Source: Myxococcota bacterium
Lineage (GTDB): Bacteria; Myxococcota; JACRCW01
Direction: 5' to 3'
DNA: 64,000 bases
NCBI GenBank assembly: GCA_040752415.1
Contig: JBFMGU010000019.1
Span: 1-64,000 of the forward strand
Shown here: positions 29,560 through 44,500 of the stretch, in pieces
How the letters are laid out: each line of letters starts with the position of its first letter
Position numbering within the stretch: position 1 is the stretch's first letter
The notes under the pieces: generated by a model
Seen by the model: the letters and a program-made list of their open reading frames with translations, nothing else
What the model was told of the DNA's origin: nothing
Databases searched by the model: none
Position numbers and translations under genes: made by a program

Positions 29560-32500
29560 TCAGTTCCGCGTGCGCACCAACCGGACGCCGTTGTACTGCC
29601 CGTACCACGCCGGGTCCTCATCATCGCGCGACGCGCACCGCAGCTCGTCGGGGTAGCTCGCCTGGTCGCCACCGCGCAGCACGCGCCGGGTTCCCTCGCG
29701 GGCGCCCGTGGGATTGACCGAGTACGTCGGGTGCGCGCCGTACCAATCCTGCGTCCACTCGGCGATGTTGCCCGCCATGTCATACAGGCCCGCCGCGTTG
29801 GGGAGCTTCTCTCCCGGTGCAGAGAAGGGTGGGGTCCTCGTGTTGCCACAGAACCAGCCCACCTGCGTCATGGGCGTGCCCTCCGACGTCGGGAAGGACA
29901 TGCAGGATTGCTCGTTGCCCGCCGGAAGCTCACCGCCGACGGGCAGCGCTGACGACACCGCACCGGCCGAGCGCGCCGCGTACTCCCACTCCGCCTCGGT
30001 GGGCAGCCGGTATCCTTCACAATCCCGCGGCGGCATGGCCACGGTGCACTGGAAGCCGTCCAGGTAGCTCGTCATGGCGCAGACGTAGCAGAGTTCCAGC
30101 CCAAGCCTGGCGGATACCGCGTTGGCAAACGCCGCGGCCTCATGCCAGGTGATGAAGCCCACCGCGCACCTCCCGCCGGGGATGAGCTCGTTGACGTCGC
30201 CACTGCAGGCCCCGCGGAAGTCATGGGTGGGCAACCCGGCGGCGCGCAGGCTGCTGTTCAGCCGGTCCAGCGGGCTCCACCATCCCGTCCCGGACGGGTT
30301 GTACGCGGACATCTCGCGGACGAATTCGCCCACCGAGGCCTCGTAGGGGGAGATGTCAAAGGCGCCCAACGTCACCAGGTGCTCCGTCTCGTCGTCTTCG
30401 CGACCGCGCTCAGTGAGCGGGCTGCCCATCACGAACGTGCCGCCCGGGAGCGGAAGCAGGATGGGTACGATCCGGCAGTTGGAGTCGCAGTCATCACCGT
30501 CGAGCTGGTTGCCGTCGTCGCACTGCTCACCCAGCGCCAGGTTCAGCACGCCATCACCGCAGTAGCTGGCGCAGCGGTAGGTGCCATCCGCCTGGAGCGT
30601 ACCCACCTCGAAGTAGCGCGGCGAGTCGGCGGCCTTGGAGGTCAGCGGGACCAGGTTCTTGCTGTCGCGACGTACCTCGATGGTGGCCTGATCCCACCAA
30701 TCCGGGAAAAGGCTGACGGACCTGGAAAACAGCTCCAGCTCGTAGCGTCCCGGCATCAGGTTGACGTTCTGGTGGATCCAGAGGAACGGGAAGATGATCC
30801 CCAACTCCCGCGACGGCACCACGAAGCTCGGGAACTGCCGCAACATGGCCTCGTCCAGATTGAGGAAGCGGATCTGGCTCGCGTCCGCCGACGGCTTGAG
30901 CTCGTAGTCCGCATAGGGCGAGCCTGGGTGGGTGGCGGTGGCAAACCATTGATCCTCAAGCTCGTAACCATCAACGCCGTAGGGCGTGGCCAGGCGGGTG
31001 CCCGCGCTGTCGACGCGGTGGATCCACCACACCGCGCCTTCGCGACGCTTCAACGCCCAGTACCAGTCGCCCCACACGCCGTTGTACAACTGACCGCCAC
31101 CGGACAGCGGTGACACGTCGCTGTGGTCCCAGTCGTGGATCTGGACATGGTGGTAGGTGCACGCTTCCCAGCGGCACGCGCCGTTGCAGCCGTCGCCGCC
31201 GGCGCGGTTTCCGTCGTCGCACTGCTCGCCAGGGTTCAGCACTCCGTTGCCGCACAGCTCCACCTTGCAGCGTGAATCGCAGCCGTCGTTGGAGAGCAGG
31301 TTGCCGTCGTCGCACTGCTCGCCCCGCGCCGGCTGGACCGCGCCGTCACCGCAGTACTCCGCCCTGCAGTCAGCGGAGCAGCCGTCACCGCTGGTGGTGT
31401 TCCCGTCGTCACACTGCTCGCCCACCGCCGGCGCCCCGTCGCCGCAGCGCTCCTCGCGACAGAGCGGGTTGCAGCCGTCGCCGTGGCGATCGTTGCCGTC
31501 GTCGCACTGTTCACCGGGCTCCAGGGTGCCGTTGCCGCACGTCTCGGAGGCGCACGAGCCCACGGTGAGCATGTCGGTGCGATAGCCCCCTCCGGCGGAG
31601 AGTGACCCCGCGTACAGCGGCAGCCCGAGGCGATCCAGGATGCGGACGGTGCCACCCGCCCAGTCGGGACCGGCCAGGGTCACGGTGTAGACGCCCATGG
31701 GAAGGTCCACGGAACGCGTGTACTCGGTGTTGGCCTGCATCACCGGGCTCCGCGCCGTGAGTGCGTCGAACATGCCGTTGTTCTGCGCGGCAACCACCTG
31801 CCCCGCGACGTCCTGGATGATCCAGTCCAGGAGAGGGTAACCCTGCACGCTCGTCACCACCTGCTTGCGCACGCAGGGCTCGGGCACGCAGGTGATGCAG
31901 CCATCTCCACCGGCCTGGTTGCCGTCGTCGCAAATCTCGCCCACCGAGAGCTCGGCGACACCGTTGCCGCAGCCCCTGCCGCAGGCGGCCTGGAAGGGAA
32001 CCACCACGGACCGGCGGTCTCCGTCGAGGACGACCTTCACAATGGCATCTCCCCACGAATTGCGGATGGTGGCCGCACCGCGCGGCGACGAGTACGTCCA
32101 ATCCGGCGGAAGGTACATGCGGAGCTGCCAGGCGCCGGCGGGAATGTCGACGGGGAAGCTCCCTCCCTCCGCGGGGATGGAGCCGGGCGCGCCCCCGGTG
32201 AGCCGGCCGCCCTGGGGGTCCAGGATCTCCCAGCCCAGCAAATCCAGGCAGCCGTTGCAGCGGTGGTTGGAGAAGGTGATCTCGTGGCCAGCGCACGCCT
32301 CGAATCCGCAGGCCGCGTCACATCCGTCCCCGGCGCCGCTGTTACCGTCGTCGCACGACTCTCCGAGCTGCACCTGGCGCACGCCGTCACCACAGCGCTC
32401 CACGCGACATTCCTGGCTGCAGCCGTCCTCGCTCAGCTCATTTCCGTCGTCACAGTCCTCGTTGGTGCCAACCACGCCGTCGCCGCACCACAGGGCGTTG

Positions 32501-35500
32501 GGGCACGCCACGTCAAAGTCGACCTCCGCCGCGTAGGAGCGCGCGGGGATGGTGAGCGTGGCCACGAGGCGGTCGCGGTCATCCACGATCTCGATGTGCG
32601 TGTCGCCCCAGCCCTCGTGGGTCGCATCCCCGCGTAGCGTGTACCGGCCGTAGCGCATGCCGGTGAGCCGCTCGGATGTCATGGCGCTCGCGGGATACGG
32701 CGGCGCAACATTCGTGCGGCCGTACCAGGCAATGCCCTCGTGACTAAGCATCACCGTGCCGGTCGACGAGCGCACCTGCCAGTCAATCACGCGCTCGTGG
32801 TCGGCGTCGCCGGTGTAGACGCGCACGGTGTAGGGCGGGCAACGGCTGGGCTGACAGGTCTGGTCGCAGGTGCCGGTGGGGGCGTCCGGTGGGTCGTCGC
32901 ACAGCTCGCCCAGCGTAGGCTGGACAATGCCGTCCCCGCAGATCTCCACGCGGCACGTTGCGGAGCAGCCATCCCCGCTCACGGCGTCGCCGTCGTCGCA
33001 GACCTCACCGCGCGCCTCCTGGAGCTGGCCATCTCCGCACCACTCCAGCAGACACGCGGTGCGGAAGGGCAGGCGGGTGGGCGTGGGTCCGGCACCGCGC
33101 GAGCCGCGCACCACCTCGACACCATCGGCATCCAGGACGCTCACGAAGGCGTTGGTCCAGCCGCGCGTGTTGCCAGGCTCGTCGAGGATCAGGGTGTAGC
33201 CGCGCGGCGGCAGGTCCACCTCGTGCGTCACCACCGTGGCCGCAGGGTAGAACTCGGGGCCCAGCATGTCGGCGGAGGCGACCACCGCGCCCAGCTCGTC
33301 GCGCAGCCACCAGCGGTAGGACCCGGCGCTGGAAGTGTGCACCGCCACCGTGTGCGGGCCGCAGATGCCCACCTGACACGTCTCTGAGCAGCCATCACCC
33401 GCCACGGTGTTGCCGTCGTCACAGGCCTCACCAAGGTCGGGGTGGAGGATGCCATCGCCGCACCGCTGGGTGCACGACGCGACGAACGTGTTGCTGTGCA
33501 GGGGCGTGTTGGCCGGGATGATGCCGGATGCGATGCGGCCGCCGAACGCATCGCGCACCTCGTACCGGGAATCGGTGAGGTACGGGTTGTAACCCACCTC
33601 GGTCTCCTGCTCGAACGTGTAGATACCGTCGACGAGGTCCAGCGCGGTGACCTGTTCCACGTCGTCAAATCCACCCATGCCGGACGCCACCACCTGACGC
33701 TGCGCGTCGGTCACGCGCCAGGCGGCCGCTGCTCCCAGGTAGAAAGCCGCGGTGGTGAGCTCGTGACGCGCGCACGTCTCGAACACGCAGCTCGACGCGC
33801 ACCCGTCGCCATTGTCCAGGTTGCCGTCGTCGCAGGACTCACCGATGCCGGCCTGGATGTTCCCGTCTCCGCACCGTTCGACCACGCACGCCGAGGAGCA
33901 ACCATCACCGTCCACGAGATTGCCGTCGTCGCACGCTTCGCCATCGGCCACGACGCCATCACCACACCACGCCGGGAGACAGGGGATGTCGATCGCGCGT
34001 CCGCGGACATAGGGAGGCGCGGCGCCATGGGTACCGGAGAAGATCGGGGTCCCAACGAAGTCGGTGAGCTCGATGGAGCCGGACGCCCAACCCGCCGCCA
34101 CCCACGCCGTGGTTTCCAGCACGTGTGGTCCGGCGCCAAGGTCGAGCAGCGCCGTGGCCACTTCGCCGCTGGTGTAACGGCGGCCGTGGACCTGGAGGTG
34201 ATCGGCCACCACGCGACCATGGCCATCCACAATGCGCCAGCGCGGGTCGGTGGCGTCCAGCTCGGCGCGGTCGTCGGCGAGCACCCGCACTCGCGTGGGG
34301 GCGCAACGCTCCGCGGAACAGTCGGCTGCGCAGCCATCACCGGCCAGCCGGTTCCCGTCGTCACATTCCTCCGTGCCACCGAGCACGCCGTCGCCACAGC
34401 CTTCCACCTTGCACCATGGCGAGCACCCGTCTCCGTAGTCGGCGTTGCCGTCGTCGCACTCTTCACCGCGGGCCGGGGTGAGAAGTGCGTCGCCGCAGAA
34501 GTTCAGGGCGCAGGACACGCCGGGGAGCGTCAGGTCGAACGCGTGTCCATTTCCGGAATCAATCACCTCGCCCGAGGGCGCGTACACGACGTAGGAGCCG
34601 CCCGCGGCCGCGTCGAGATAGAACGACAGCGTGGAGGCCACGTTCGCCTGCACCGGCAGCATGACGACGTACTCGCGGTGTGCCGCCAGCGAACCGCGGC
34701 TGGCCTGCAGCACGATTTCTCCCCCACCGTTGTACAGCGTGTAGGCGGCGTTGGCGTCGGCGCCGGTGCGCAGTCGCAGCACATAGGGTCCGCAGCTCAC
34801 GCGACACTCCGGATCGCACCCGTCGCCGTCCAGCAGGTTCCCGTCGTCACACTGCTCGCCAATCTCGGTCTGCACGATACCGTCGCCACAGACGGGCGGC
34901 CGGCAGACCTGGGTACATCCATCGCCACCGACGCGGTTGCCGTCGTCGCAGGTCTCGCCGCGCTCGGGCTGCACCACGCCGTCGCCGCAGAACGCACCCT
35001 GACACCCAGCCTGGAAGTAGCGCGTGACGCCCCAACCGTCATTGTCGGCGTCCACTTCCACACGGGTCACCAGCGCTCCGTCGAGGGTGAAGACCTCCGC
35101 GCTTGCGTTGGTGCCGTCCACGGTGACGGAGGCCAGACCGGCCGGGATGGAAACCTCGACGTCCTGGATGGCGTAGGACGGGAGGATGGACACGCCGTTG
35201 CCCGGTGGGGTGGCCAGCACGCGGCCCGCGCCGTCACGGACTTGCCAGGAGACCCAGCCGTCTCTGCCGGCCTGGATGCGCACCCGGTGCGGCGCGCACG
35301 TCTCGCGCCCGCAGGTGGCGTTGCAGCCATCGCCGGGGGCGTTGTTACCGTCGTCGCAGGCCTCACCCGTGTTGACGTTGAGAACGCCGTCGCCGCAGGT
35401 GGCTCCGCACTGCGAGGTGAAGTCGAATTCCGCCACCAGCGTCGGTCCGGGGGGAACGTTGGGGAGCGGGCCCGTCGTGAACTCGCCGTGCGCAAAGATG

Positions 35501-38500
35501 CCGCCGTCGGCGTCACGCAGCTCAAAGGCATTGCGCGCGTACCGGGCGCGGTAGCTTGCGTAGTCGTACCACTGGATGCGCCAGTCGCCGGGCTGCAGCG
35601 TCACTGGAGCCGGGCCGGCGAACTGGTACACGCCAGCGTCGGAAAGCGGCAGCACCTCGCGGCCTGACCGGTCAACGACGCGCCAGCGCAGCAGGGAGCT
35701 CTCCGGTCCGCCATGCAGCTCGAGCGTGTGGGACGTGCAAGCTTCCGCGCGACAGGTGCTGGAGCAACCATCTCCGTCGGCGAGCGCGCCGTCGTCGCAC
35801 TGTTCGCCCAAGGCGGCCTGCACCGCGCCGTCACCACAGCGCTCCGTGCGACAATCCGGCCGACAACCGTCGCCAGACACCGGGTTGCCGTCGTCGCACT
35901 CCTCGCCCGCGGCCTGCTGGCGGACGCCGTCGCCACACCACGCGATGGTACAGGTGGTCTGGATGTTCGTGGCGGCCCACGTGGTACCTGGCATGACGTA
36001 GGCCGTGCCAAGGATGGCTCCGACGCTGTTGCGGACGCTCACCTGGTAGGCGCTGCTCACCGGCGCGTTGACCGCGACCTCAAGGCGGTGCGTTCCCGCC
36101 GACAACGAGATGGGACGCTCGAACGTGGTGGCACCGTCAATGCCCTGCCAGCCGGACTGCTCGACGATCACGCCGGCGGAGTTGCGCACGATCCAGCGGG
36201 CCGGGCCCACGGGACCGTTGGTCTGCACAACCGCGGTGTGGGGCTGACAGCTGCGCACGCAGCCTGTGGAGCAACCGTCGCCGTTGACCGTGTTGCCGTC
36301 GTCGCACTGCTCACTGACCTGCAACACACCGTCGCCACAGCGCTCGACAACGCATGCGGAGGAGCACCCGTCGGAGTCGTCGCGGTTGCCGTCGTCACAC
36401 GCCTCGCTGGCATCCACCACGCCATCTCCGCACCAGTGCGGGGTGCAGACGGCCTGGAACTGCGACGAGGGAGAGTAGGGCGGTCCCGAGAAGACGAGGT
36501 TCCCAAGGATATCGCGCAGCTCGTAGGTGTAGCCGGACGCGCCGTATGTGCGGTCATCGAACGTGTGTGGACCGGGCAAGAGCGTGACGGGTACGCGGTA
36601 GCTGGACACGGGCTCCGGCCATGCCACGTAGCGCACGCCGTTGTTGCCGCCCTCCGCCGCCACGCGACCAAACCCGTCGATAAAGCGCCACGCCGACTCG
36701 GCGCCGGTGGGCGTGTTGATCTTCAAGTCATGGGGCGCGCAATGCGCCACGCAGGCGGAGGTGCAGCCGTCGTTGTCGTTGGTGTTGCCGTCGTCACACT
36801 GCTCGACCGGCTGGCGGATGCCGTCGCCACAGCGCTCGGCCTGGCAGTTGGCATTGCAGCCGTCCAGGGAGACGTTGTTGCCGTCGTCGCAGGTCTCTCC
36901 CGCATCAACGGTCAGCACTCCGTCGCCGCACCAGCGACGCTGACAGGTGGCGTTGAAGGTGAAGTACGCGGGGTAGCCTCGTCCAGCGTAGAGGTTGTCG
37001 ACGACGAGCGCGAGGGCGCCGCTGCCGTCGAAGATCTCCAGGCGCCCACCATTTCCTGCGCTACCAACCTCCACCGTGTGCTGTCCGGGAAGCGCCTGGA
37101 ACAACACCGACGTGTCTGAGAACGGCTCCAGGTTGCCGCCGCCACTCAGCACCACTTCGCCGGCGGGCCCCATGATGCGCCAGTACGCGTTGACGGAGGT
37201 GCCGGCGCCCTGGATGCGCAGCCTGTGTGGCTTGCACGCCTCGCCGGTGCACGCGGCGGTGCACCCGTCATCCGAGGTGACGTTGCCGTCGTCGCATTCC
37301 TCGTTCCGCAGCGGGTGCACCACGCCGTCGCCGCACTGGGCGTTGCAAAACACGCTGAACTCCGCCCCCAGCAGGGGCAGCGGGTAGTCGCGCGTCAGCT
37401 TGCCGCGTGCGCGTACGCCGCCGAAGGAATCCACCAGGCGCCAGTAGGCGTCATCAGGGATGCTGTCACCGGCAAACTGCATCGCGTAGTCGCCGTCGCC
37501 GAGGGAGATGGAGACGCCGACGCTGTTGTCCACATCCAGGAGCCGACCATCAGCCACCACGGAACCGTCAGCGCGGTCGACGATGGACCACGTCGCGAGG
37601 GTCAGCATCCCGGCCTCGAGGAAGAGCCGGTGGCTCGCGCACGCCTCGGCAACGCAGGTGGCGCCGCAACCATCCCCCGCCACCGCATTGCCGTCGTCGC
37701 AGGACTCACCCAGCCAACCCTGCACCACGCCGTCGCCGCACTCTTCCACCACGCACTGCGCGGAGCATCCGTCGCCGTCGGAGGCGTTGCCGTCGTCGCA
37801 GGTCTCGCCCCGGGCCAACTGCACCACACCGTCGCCACACCACTCCGCCTGGCACGACGTGACGGGGAGACCCACGGTGCGGACGAACTGACCGTCAAGC
37901 TGCGCCGTGACGAGCACCTGGCCCGTCGGCGAGACCAGCTCCATCCGACCATCCCAGTAGCCGTATTCCCGCGCATCGAGAGTGAGGGAGTGCGTTCCCA
38001 CGCCGAGGGAGACGGGCACCTCGTAGGTCCGGTTGTTCTGGTAGAGACCATCGGACGCCCGGTGTTCAGCCACCAACGACCCGAGCGCGTCTCGCACCGT
38101 CCAGCCGATGAAGCTTGGCCCGTCCCAGCCCAACGACGGCGTGACGATGCGCAGGGTGTGGGGCGCGCAGCGTTCCCACAGGCACGTGGCGTCGCAACCG
38201 TCGCCGGGGAGGAGGTTGGCGTCGTCACACTGCTCGCCCAGCGCGGGTTTCAGCGTGCCATCACCGCACCAGCCGCTCACGCAGCGCGTGTTGCACCCGT
38301 CATCGTTGACCGTGTTTCCGTCGTCACAATCCTCGCCCAGCTCCGGCTGGATCACACCGTTGCCGCACGCCTCCGTGCGACACACGGAATCGCAACCGTC
38401 ACCCGACACCTGGTTTCCGTCGTCGCACAGCTCATTGCGCCCGGCCTCCACGACGCCGTCGCCACACCAGTGCGTCTGACACGTGGTGACGTTCAGTTCC

Positions 38501-41500
38501 GCGCGGAGCTGCCGGCTCCCCACGTACCGCCGGTTCGTCGCCGACGACGTGCCGTCGGGCGCGACCATCTCGAACGATGCGTAGAGCGCGTCACAGGCGT
38601 GCGTGATTTCGAGCGTGTGGAAGCCGAGACGGGCGGGCAGCGGCGCCGTGATGATCGAGCCCGCGGGCCACCAGTTAGGATCCTGCGGACCGACGGGCAT
38701 CGGCTTTTCCGCCACCACCTGGCCGGCAGCGTCGCGGAGCACCCAGGACGCCTGCTGGCAGTTGTTCCCGTTGGGCGGATAGCGCTCGGTCACCACCCGG
38801 AGCACATGTGGCGCGCACGTTTCGAGCTGACAGGTCGCGCTGCAGCCGTCGTCGCTGGTGGTGTTTCCGTCGTCGCACGCCTCGCTGAGGGACGGATGCG
38901 GAACTCCGTCGCCGCAGCGCTCCGTCACGCATCGCGGATCGCAACCGTCGCCCGCCGTGGCGTTACCGTCGTCGCACTGCTCACCGGCCTCGGGCCGCAG
39001 CACACCGTCGCCGCACCACGCGCTGGTGCAGGGCGGAGTGAAGCTGAAGCGCTCGACGGGAAGTGGTCCCTGGTAGCGGCCGGACGCCACCACGGCTCCG
39101 CCGGTACCCACGACTTCCAGGTATGGATTGCCGTCGGTGGTCCAGCTGATCATCTCCACCGTGTTGCGACCCACGCGCACCGGCAGAGGGAAGTCGAGCA
39201 CGGCATTCCCGGGCAGCGCGCCGTCTTCCACGCGGATGTGCTTGGCAATCACGTTGCCCAGCGGGTCCAGCACTCGGAAGTCCGCGACGCCATTGGACGG
39301 CGTGTGCAAGCGGACCACCGCGGGCTCGCAGGCGGACCACTGGCAACCCGTGCCGCACCCGTCGCCATCGACCGCGTTGGCGTCGTCGCACTGCTCGCCG
39401 CGTCCCGGGCTGAGCACGCCGTCGCCACAGCTGCGTGAACAGGCGGTGGTGAAGGTGGCGCGGACCGGACCGGCGTTGTTGAGTGACAGCTCCACGTGGG
39501 TCAACACGGTGCCCAACGCATCCGTGAGCTCCAGCACGTGTGGCCCGTTGTATGACGAGGTCCCCGCGGCGGTGGCGTCGTAACGCACCTCCAGCGTGTG
39601 GTCGCCTTCGGTCAACATGATCGCCTGTGTCGTCGTGGCGAAGCTCGGGAACGTGCGCGTCGGTGCGAAGGCCACCACGCGCTGCGCGGAAGCAAGAATG
39701 AAGGTCAAGCCCTCCGCGCCGTCCGCACCGCGCACTGTCAGTGTGTGCGCCGCACAGGCCTCCCAGGTGCAACCCGCGCACCCATCCCCGGCGTTGGCGT
39801 TGCCGTCGTCGCAGGACTCCCCGATGCCTGGCTGCACCACGCCGTCACCGCACCACTCGACCTTGCAGGTGCGCGTGCAGCCATCGCCGGTCACATCGTT
39901 TCCGTCATCGCACTCCTCGCCCAGCGGGGGCTGCAGCACGCCGTCACCACATCCCTCGACGCGGCAGGTGGGATCGCACCCGTCGCCGGAGTTGGTGTTG
40001 CCGTCGTCGCAGCCCTCGTTCGCCTGCAGCAAGCCGTTGCCACAGACCTCGAGTCGGCACTGGGCATCACATCCGTCGCCAGTCCGCAGGTTGCCGTCGT
40101 CGCATTCGTCGGTGGCTTGGAGCACGCCGTTGCCGCAGACCTCGGTGTGACACTGCACGTCGCAACCGTCGCCTTCGACGGCGTTGGCGTCGTCGCAGGT
40201 CTCGCCGCGGCCGGCCTGGAGGATTCCGTCGCCGCAGCGTTCGACCGCGCAACCGGCGGAGCACCCGTCGCCGGAGTCGGGGTTGCCGTCGTCGCACGCC
40301 TCGCCCAGCTCAGGCTGGAGGACGGCGTTGCCGCAGCGCTCGGTGATGCACTGGGGATTGCATCCGTCCGCGGCGTTGGCGTTTCCATCGTCGCACAGCT
40401 CGCCGAGGGAGGGATGGAGGATTCCGTCGCCACAATTGGCCTCACAGCGGGTGACAAACGCGCGCGTTCCAAGCGAGCCAGTGGCGATGACCCCGCCGTA
40501 GCTGTCCACCACCTCGTAGCTGCCGTTCCACCAGTTGCCATAGGGAACCGACGACGCCACGAATTGGTACGCCCCGGGCGGCAGGCGTACGGCGTGGGAA
40601 TAGGTGCGCGACGCCTCGTAGGGCCCTGCGTTGCCGGCGACGCGGAGTCCCTGGGCGTCACGAATCTCCCATTGCACGCCCAGGCCGCTGTAGCCGGTGC
40701 GGATGCGCACGGTGTGATCGGCGCAGCTCCCGGACACGCAGGTGGGACTGCAGCCGTCGCCGTCGACGTCGTTGCCGTCGTCGCAGGTCTCGCCCAGCGC
40801 CGCGTGCACCACGCTGTCGCCACAGCGCTTCTCGCAGGCGGCGGTGAACGGGACATCCTGACGGATTTCCGTGGTACCGGTGCTGCCGGTGGGGTTCCCG
40901 AGGATCCGCTCGGCAATGCGGCCACCGAGATGGTCATCCAGGGTGATTCGGCCGCCCATCCATCCCGCCCATCCGCCGGTGATGATGCGCAACGTGTATG
41001 CGCCCGGCAGCAACGACACGGGCGTCGTGACGCGCTCGTTGTTCTGGTAGCTGTTGTACCCGCGCTGCATCACGACCACGCCGTCGTCGCGGACAATCTC
41101 CCAGCCCACGGCGTAGGCGGTGGTGGTGGTCTCCACGGTGACCGAGTACGCCGCGCAGGCCTCGAAGCGGCAGCCCGCGCCGCAGCCGTCCCCGTTGGCG
41201 GTGGCGCCGTCGTCGCATTCCTCGCCCAGGGCCGGGTGGGCCATGCCGTCGCCGCAGACTTCCACCACGCAGGCGGTGTTGCACCCGTCCCCATCCGCCG
41301 TGTTCCCGTCGTCACACGGCTCGCCAACCTGGACCAGGCCGTTCCCGCACACTTCCGCGCGACAACGCTCGTCGCAACCGTCACCCGCGGTGTGGGCTCC
41401 GTCGTCGCAATCCTCACCGATGCCGGGCTGCGCCACGCCGTCGCCGCAGCTCTCCACCACACACTCGCTCGAGCAGCCATCGCCGCTGACCGCGTTGTCG

Positions 41501-44500
41501 TCGTCACATTCCTCACCAAAGGCGGCCTGCACCACGCCGTCGCCGCATGCCTCCACCTCGCAGCGACCGTTGCACCCGTCCTCATCGACGGTATTGCCAT
41601 CGTCGCACGCCTCGCCCGCCAGCGGCTGGACAACGGTGTCGCCACAGCGGATGCCGCAGCTCGTCTGGAATTGCAGCTCGGTGGTGGCGGCGCCTGAGAG
41701 CGGAACGCGGTGACGGATGCCGCCGCCCGGATCCTGCACCTGCAGCTCGCTGTTGTTGGGCAGTCCGTCGTCGGCTTCGGTGAGGATGAGGCGATAGGTG
41801 CCCGCGGGGAGGTTGACCAGTGTGGTGAAAGCCTGGCCGCCAGGGCGGAACGCAAACGGCGCCTGGCCCACCAGACGACCACCGGCGTCCAACACCCGCC
41901 ACCCGTAGAGCGCCCCGGACCTCACGAACACGGCGACCCGGTACTGCGCGCACGCCTCGAAGGCACACGTCGACGAGCAGCCATCGCCATCCGCGGCGTT
42001 GCCGTCGTCGCACAGTTCCGCGCGCGGAGCCTGGATCACCCCGTCACCACAGAGCTCGGCGCGGCACGTGGACGAGCAGCCATCGTTGGAGGTGACGTTG
42101 CCATCGTCGCAGTTTTCGCCGAGCGCGCCCTGGATCTGGCCGTCGCCGCAACCCTCGAGGAAGCAGCGTGCGGAGCAGCCATCCTCGTCGCGGTTGTTGC
42201 CGTCGTCGCACGCCTCACCGCGGAAGGCCTGGACCACGCCGTCTCCGCAGCGCTCCACCACACAGGCGCTGCTGCAGCCATCTCCCGAGGCCGTGTTGCC
42301 GTCGTCGCAGGTTTCACCGCGACCGGCCTGGAGCACCCCGTCGCCGCAGCGCTCCGTGCGACAGGAGGTACCGCAACCATCGCCCGCCACGGTGTTGCCG
42401 TCGTCACAGGATTCCCCGCGACCAGCTTGGATGATCCCATCCCCGCACCGCTCGAGCGTGCACGTGGCGCTGCATCCGTCCTCGGGGAGCGTGTTCCCGT
42501 CGTCGCAGGTCTCGCCGCGGCTGGCCTGGACCACGCGGTCGCCACAGCGGTCAACCTCGCACGTGGTGCCACACCCATCATCCAGGACGGAATTTCCGTC
42601 GTCACACTGTTCACCCAGCGAGGTCTGCACCACGCCGTCGCCGCACCGCTCGTTCAAGCAGGCGGCGGAGCAACGGTCTCCGTTCACCAGATTCCCGTCG
42701 TCACACTGCTCGCCCAGTGCCGGCTGCCAGGCGCCGTCGCCGCAGCGCTCGGTCACGCAGAGGGCGTTACAACCGTCGCCGGGCGCGGTGTTGCCGTCGT
42801 CGCAGGTCTCCCCGATGCCGGCCTGCACCAGGCTGTCACCACAACGCTCACGTGCGCACGCGGCGTCGCACCCATCGTCGTCCTGGAGGTTGCCGTCGTC
42901 GCATTCCTCGCCCAGGGCCAGTTGGGTCACGCCGTCGCCGCAGAACTCCTGCACGCACGCGGCCGAGCATCCATCCCCCGAGGCGCGGTTTCCGTCGTCA
43001 CAGGCCTCGCCGCGCTCCGCCTGCGTGAGGCCGTCTCCGCACCACGTGTTGACGCACGCGCCCCCGAAGTCGACCACGCCGCTGCGACGGTCCTGGAGCG
43101 TTCCCGACGCGATGACCGTGCCGGTGCGGTCGGTAATCTCGAAATAGCCGTACTGGAGCCAGCCCCAGCCCGCGGTGTTGGCGGCGTTGAGCACCATGCG
43201 GTACGCGCCCACGGGCAGGTTCAACGGAACGGTGTACGTGGTGTAGCTGGTGTACGCGCCGACGGGTGAGCTGGCGACGATCTGGCCGCTCTGGTTCAGC
43301 AGGGTCCAGCCATACCACTGACCCTGGTCCTCGGTGCGGACGCGCAAGGTGTGGGCCGCGCACGCCTCGAAGCGACACGTGGAGTCGCAGCCATCCCCTT
43401 CGGCGGTGGCGCCGTCATCACACTGCTCGCCGATTCCACCTTGCACGATTCCATCGGCACAGCGCTCGATCACGCAGGTGGCGTTGCATCCGTCGTTGGC
43501 CACCCGGTTTCCGTCGTCGCATTGCTCACCGGTGGCCGTCTGGAGGAATCCGTTTCCACACAGTTCGTCCCGGCACTGCGCGTCACACCCGTCGGCGTCC
43601 TCGGTGTTGCCGTCGTCGCACCGTTCACCCAGGGCCGGCTGCACCACGCCGTCGCCGCAGCGTTCGACCGCGCAGGTGGCATTGCACCCGTCCCCCGCAA
43701 CGCGGTTTCCGTCGTCACAGGCCTCACCGCGGGCCGCCTGCAGAGCACCGTCACCACACCACTCCACCACGCACGGGGTGGCAATGGCGGCGGAAGCGGT
43801 TCCGCTGCTCGGCAGGTCGACCTGTGCCACCACGTCGCCAATGTGGTTGCGCAGCTCGGCCGTGCCGCGCACGTACGCGCTCGGATGTACCGCAAAATCA
43901 AGCGTGGCCGAGCCGTCGACGAGAATGACGTCGTAGGTTTCGTCCGCCGCGTAGTACAACGCGTTGGGAGGAACGGAGAGGACCGCGCGTCCCAGGTTGT
44001 CCCGCACCGTCACGGAGAGGTCGGAAGCGCCTGCCTCGACCCGCAGCCTCAACCGGTAACGGCCGCACTGCTCCACCTGGCACTGGTCATCACATCCACC
44101 GCCGTCCACCGCGGCGCCGTCGTCGCATTGTTCACCGCGAGCCGTCTGCACCACCCCGTCGCCGCAGGCTTCCACCAGGCATGTGGGGCCGCACCCGTCG
44201 TCGGGAGTGGTGTTGCCGTCGTCGCAGGTTTCGCCGCGCGCGGCGTGGATGATGCCGTCGCCACACCGCTCCGCCGCACACGCGGGACCGCATCCGTCGT
44301 CAGGACCCGTGTTGCCGTCGTCGCATTCCTCGCCCAGCGGGAGCTGCAGCACGCCGTCGCCGCAGAATTCGAGCCGGCAGGTCGCGGAACAACCATCGCC
44401 GGAGATGGCGTTGCTGTCGTCGCATTCCTCGCCCGCCAGGACCACGCCGTCGCCGCACCACCGCGCCTGACATGCCTGCACGGTGAACCCGACCGCGCCC

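Noticed and set aside
28831..29700. Complete diversity-generating retroelement
   Set aside because: No reverse transcriptase, Avd or template repeat found in the window; kept only as a low-confidence remote-target hypothesis.
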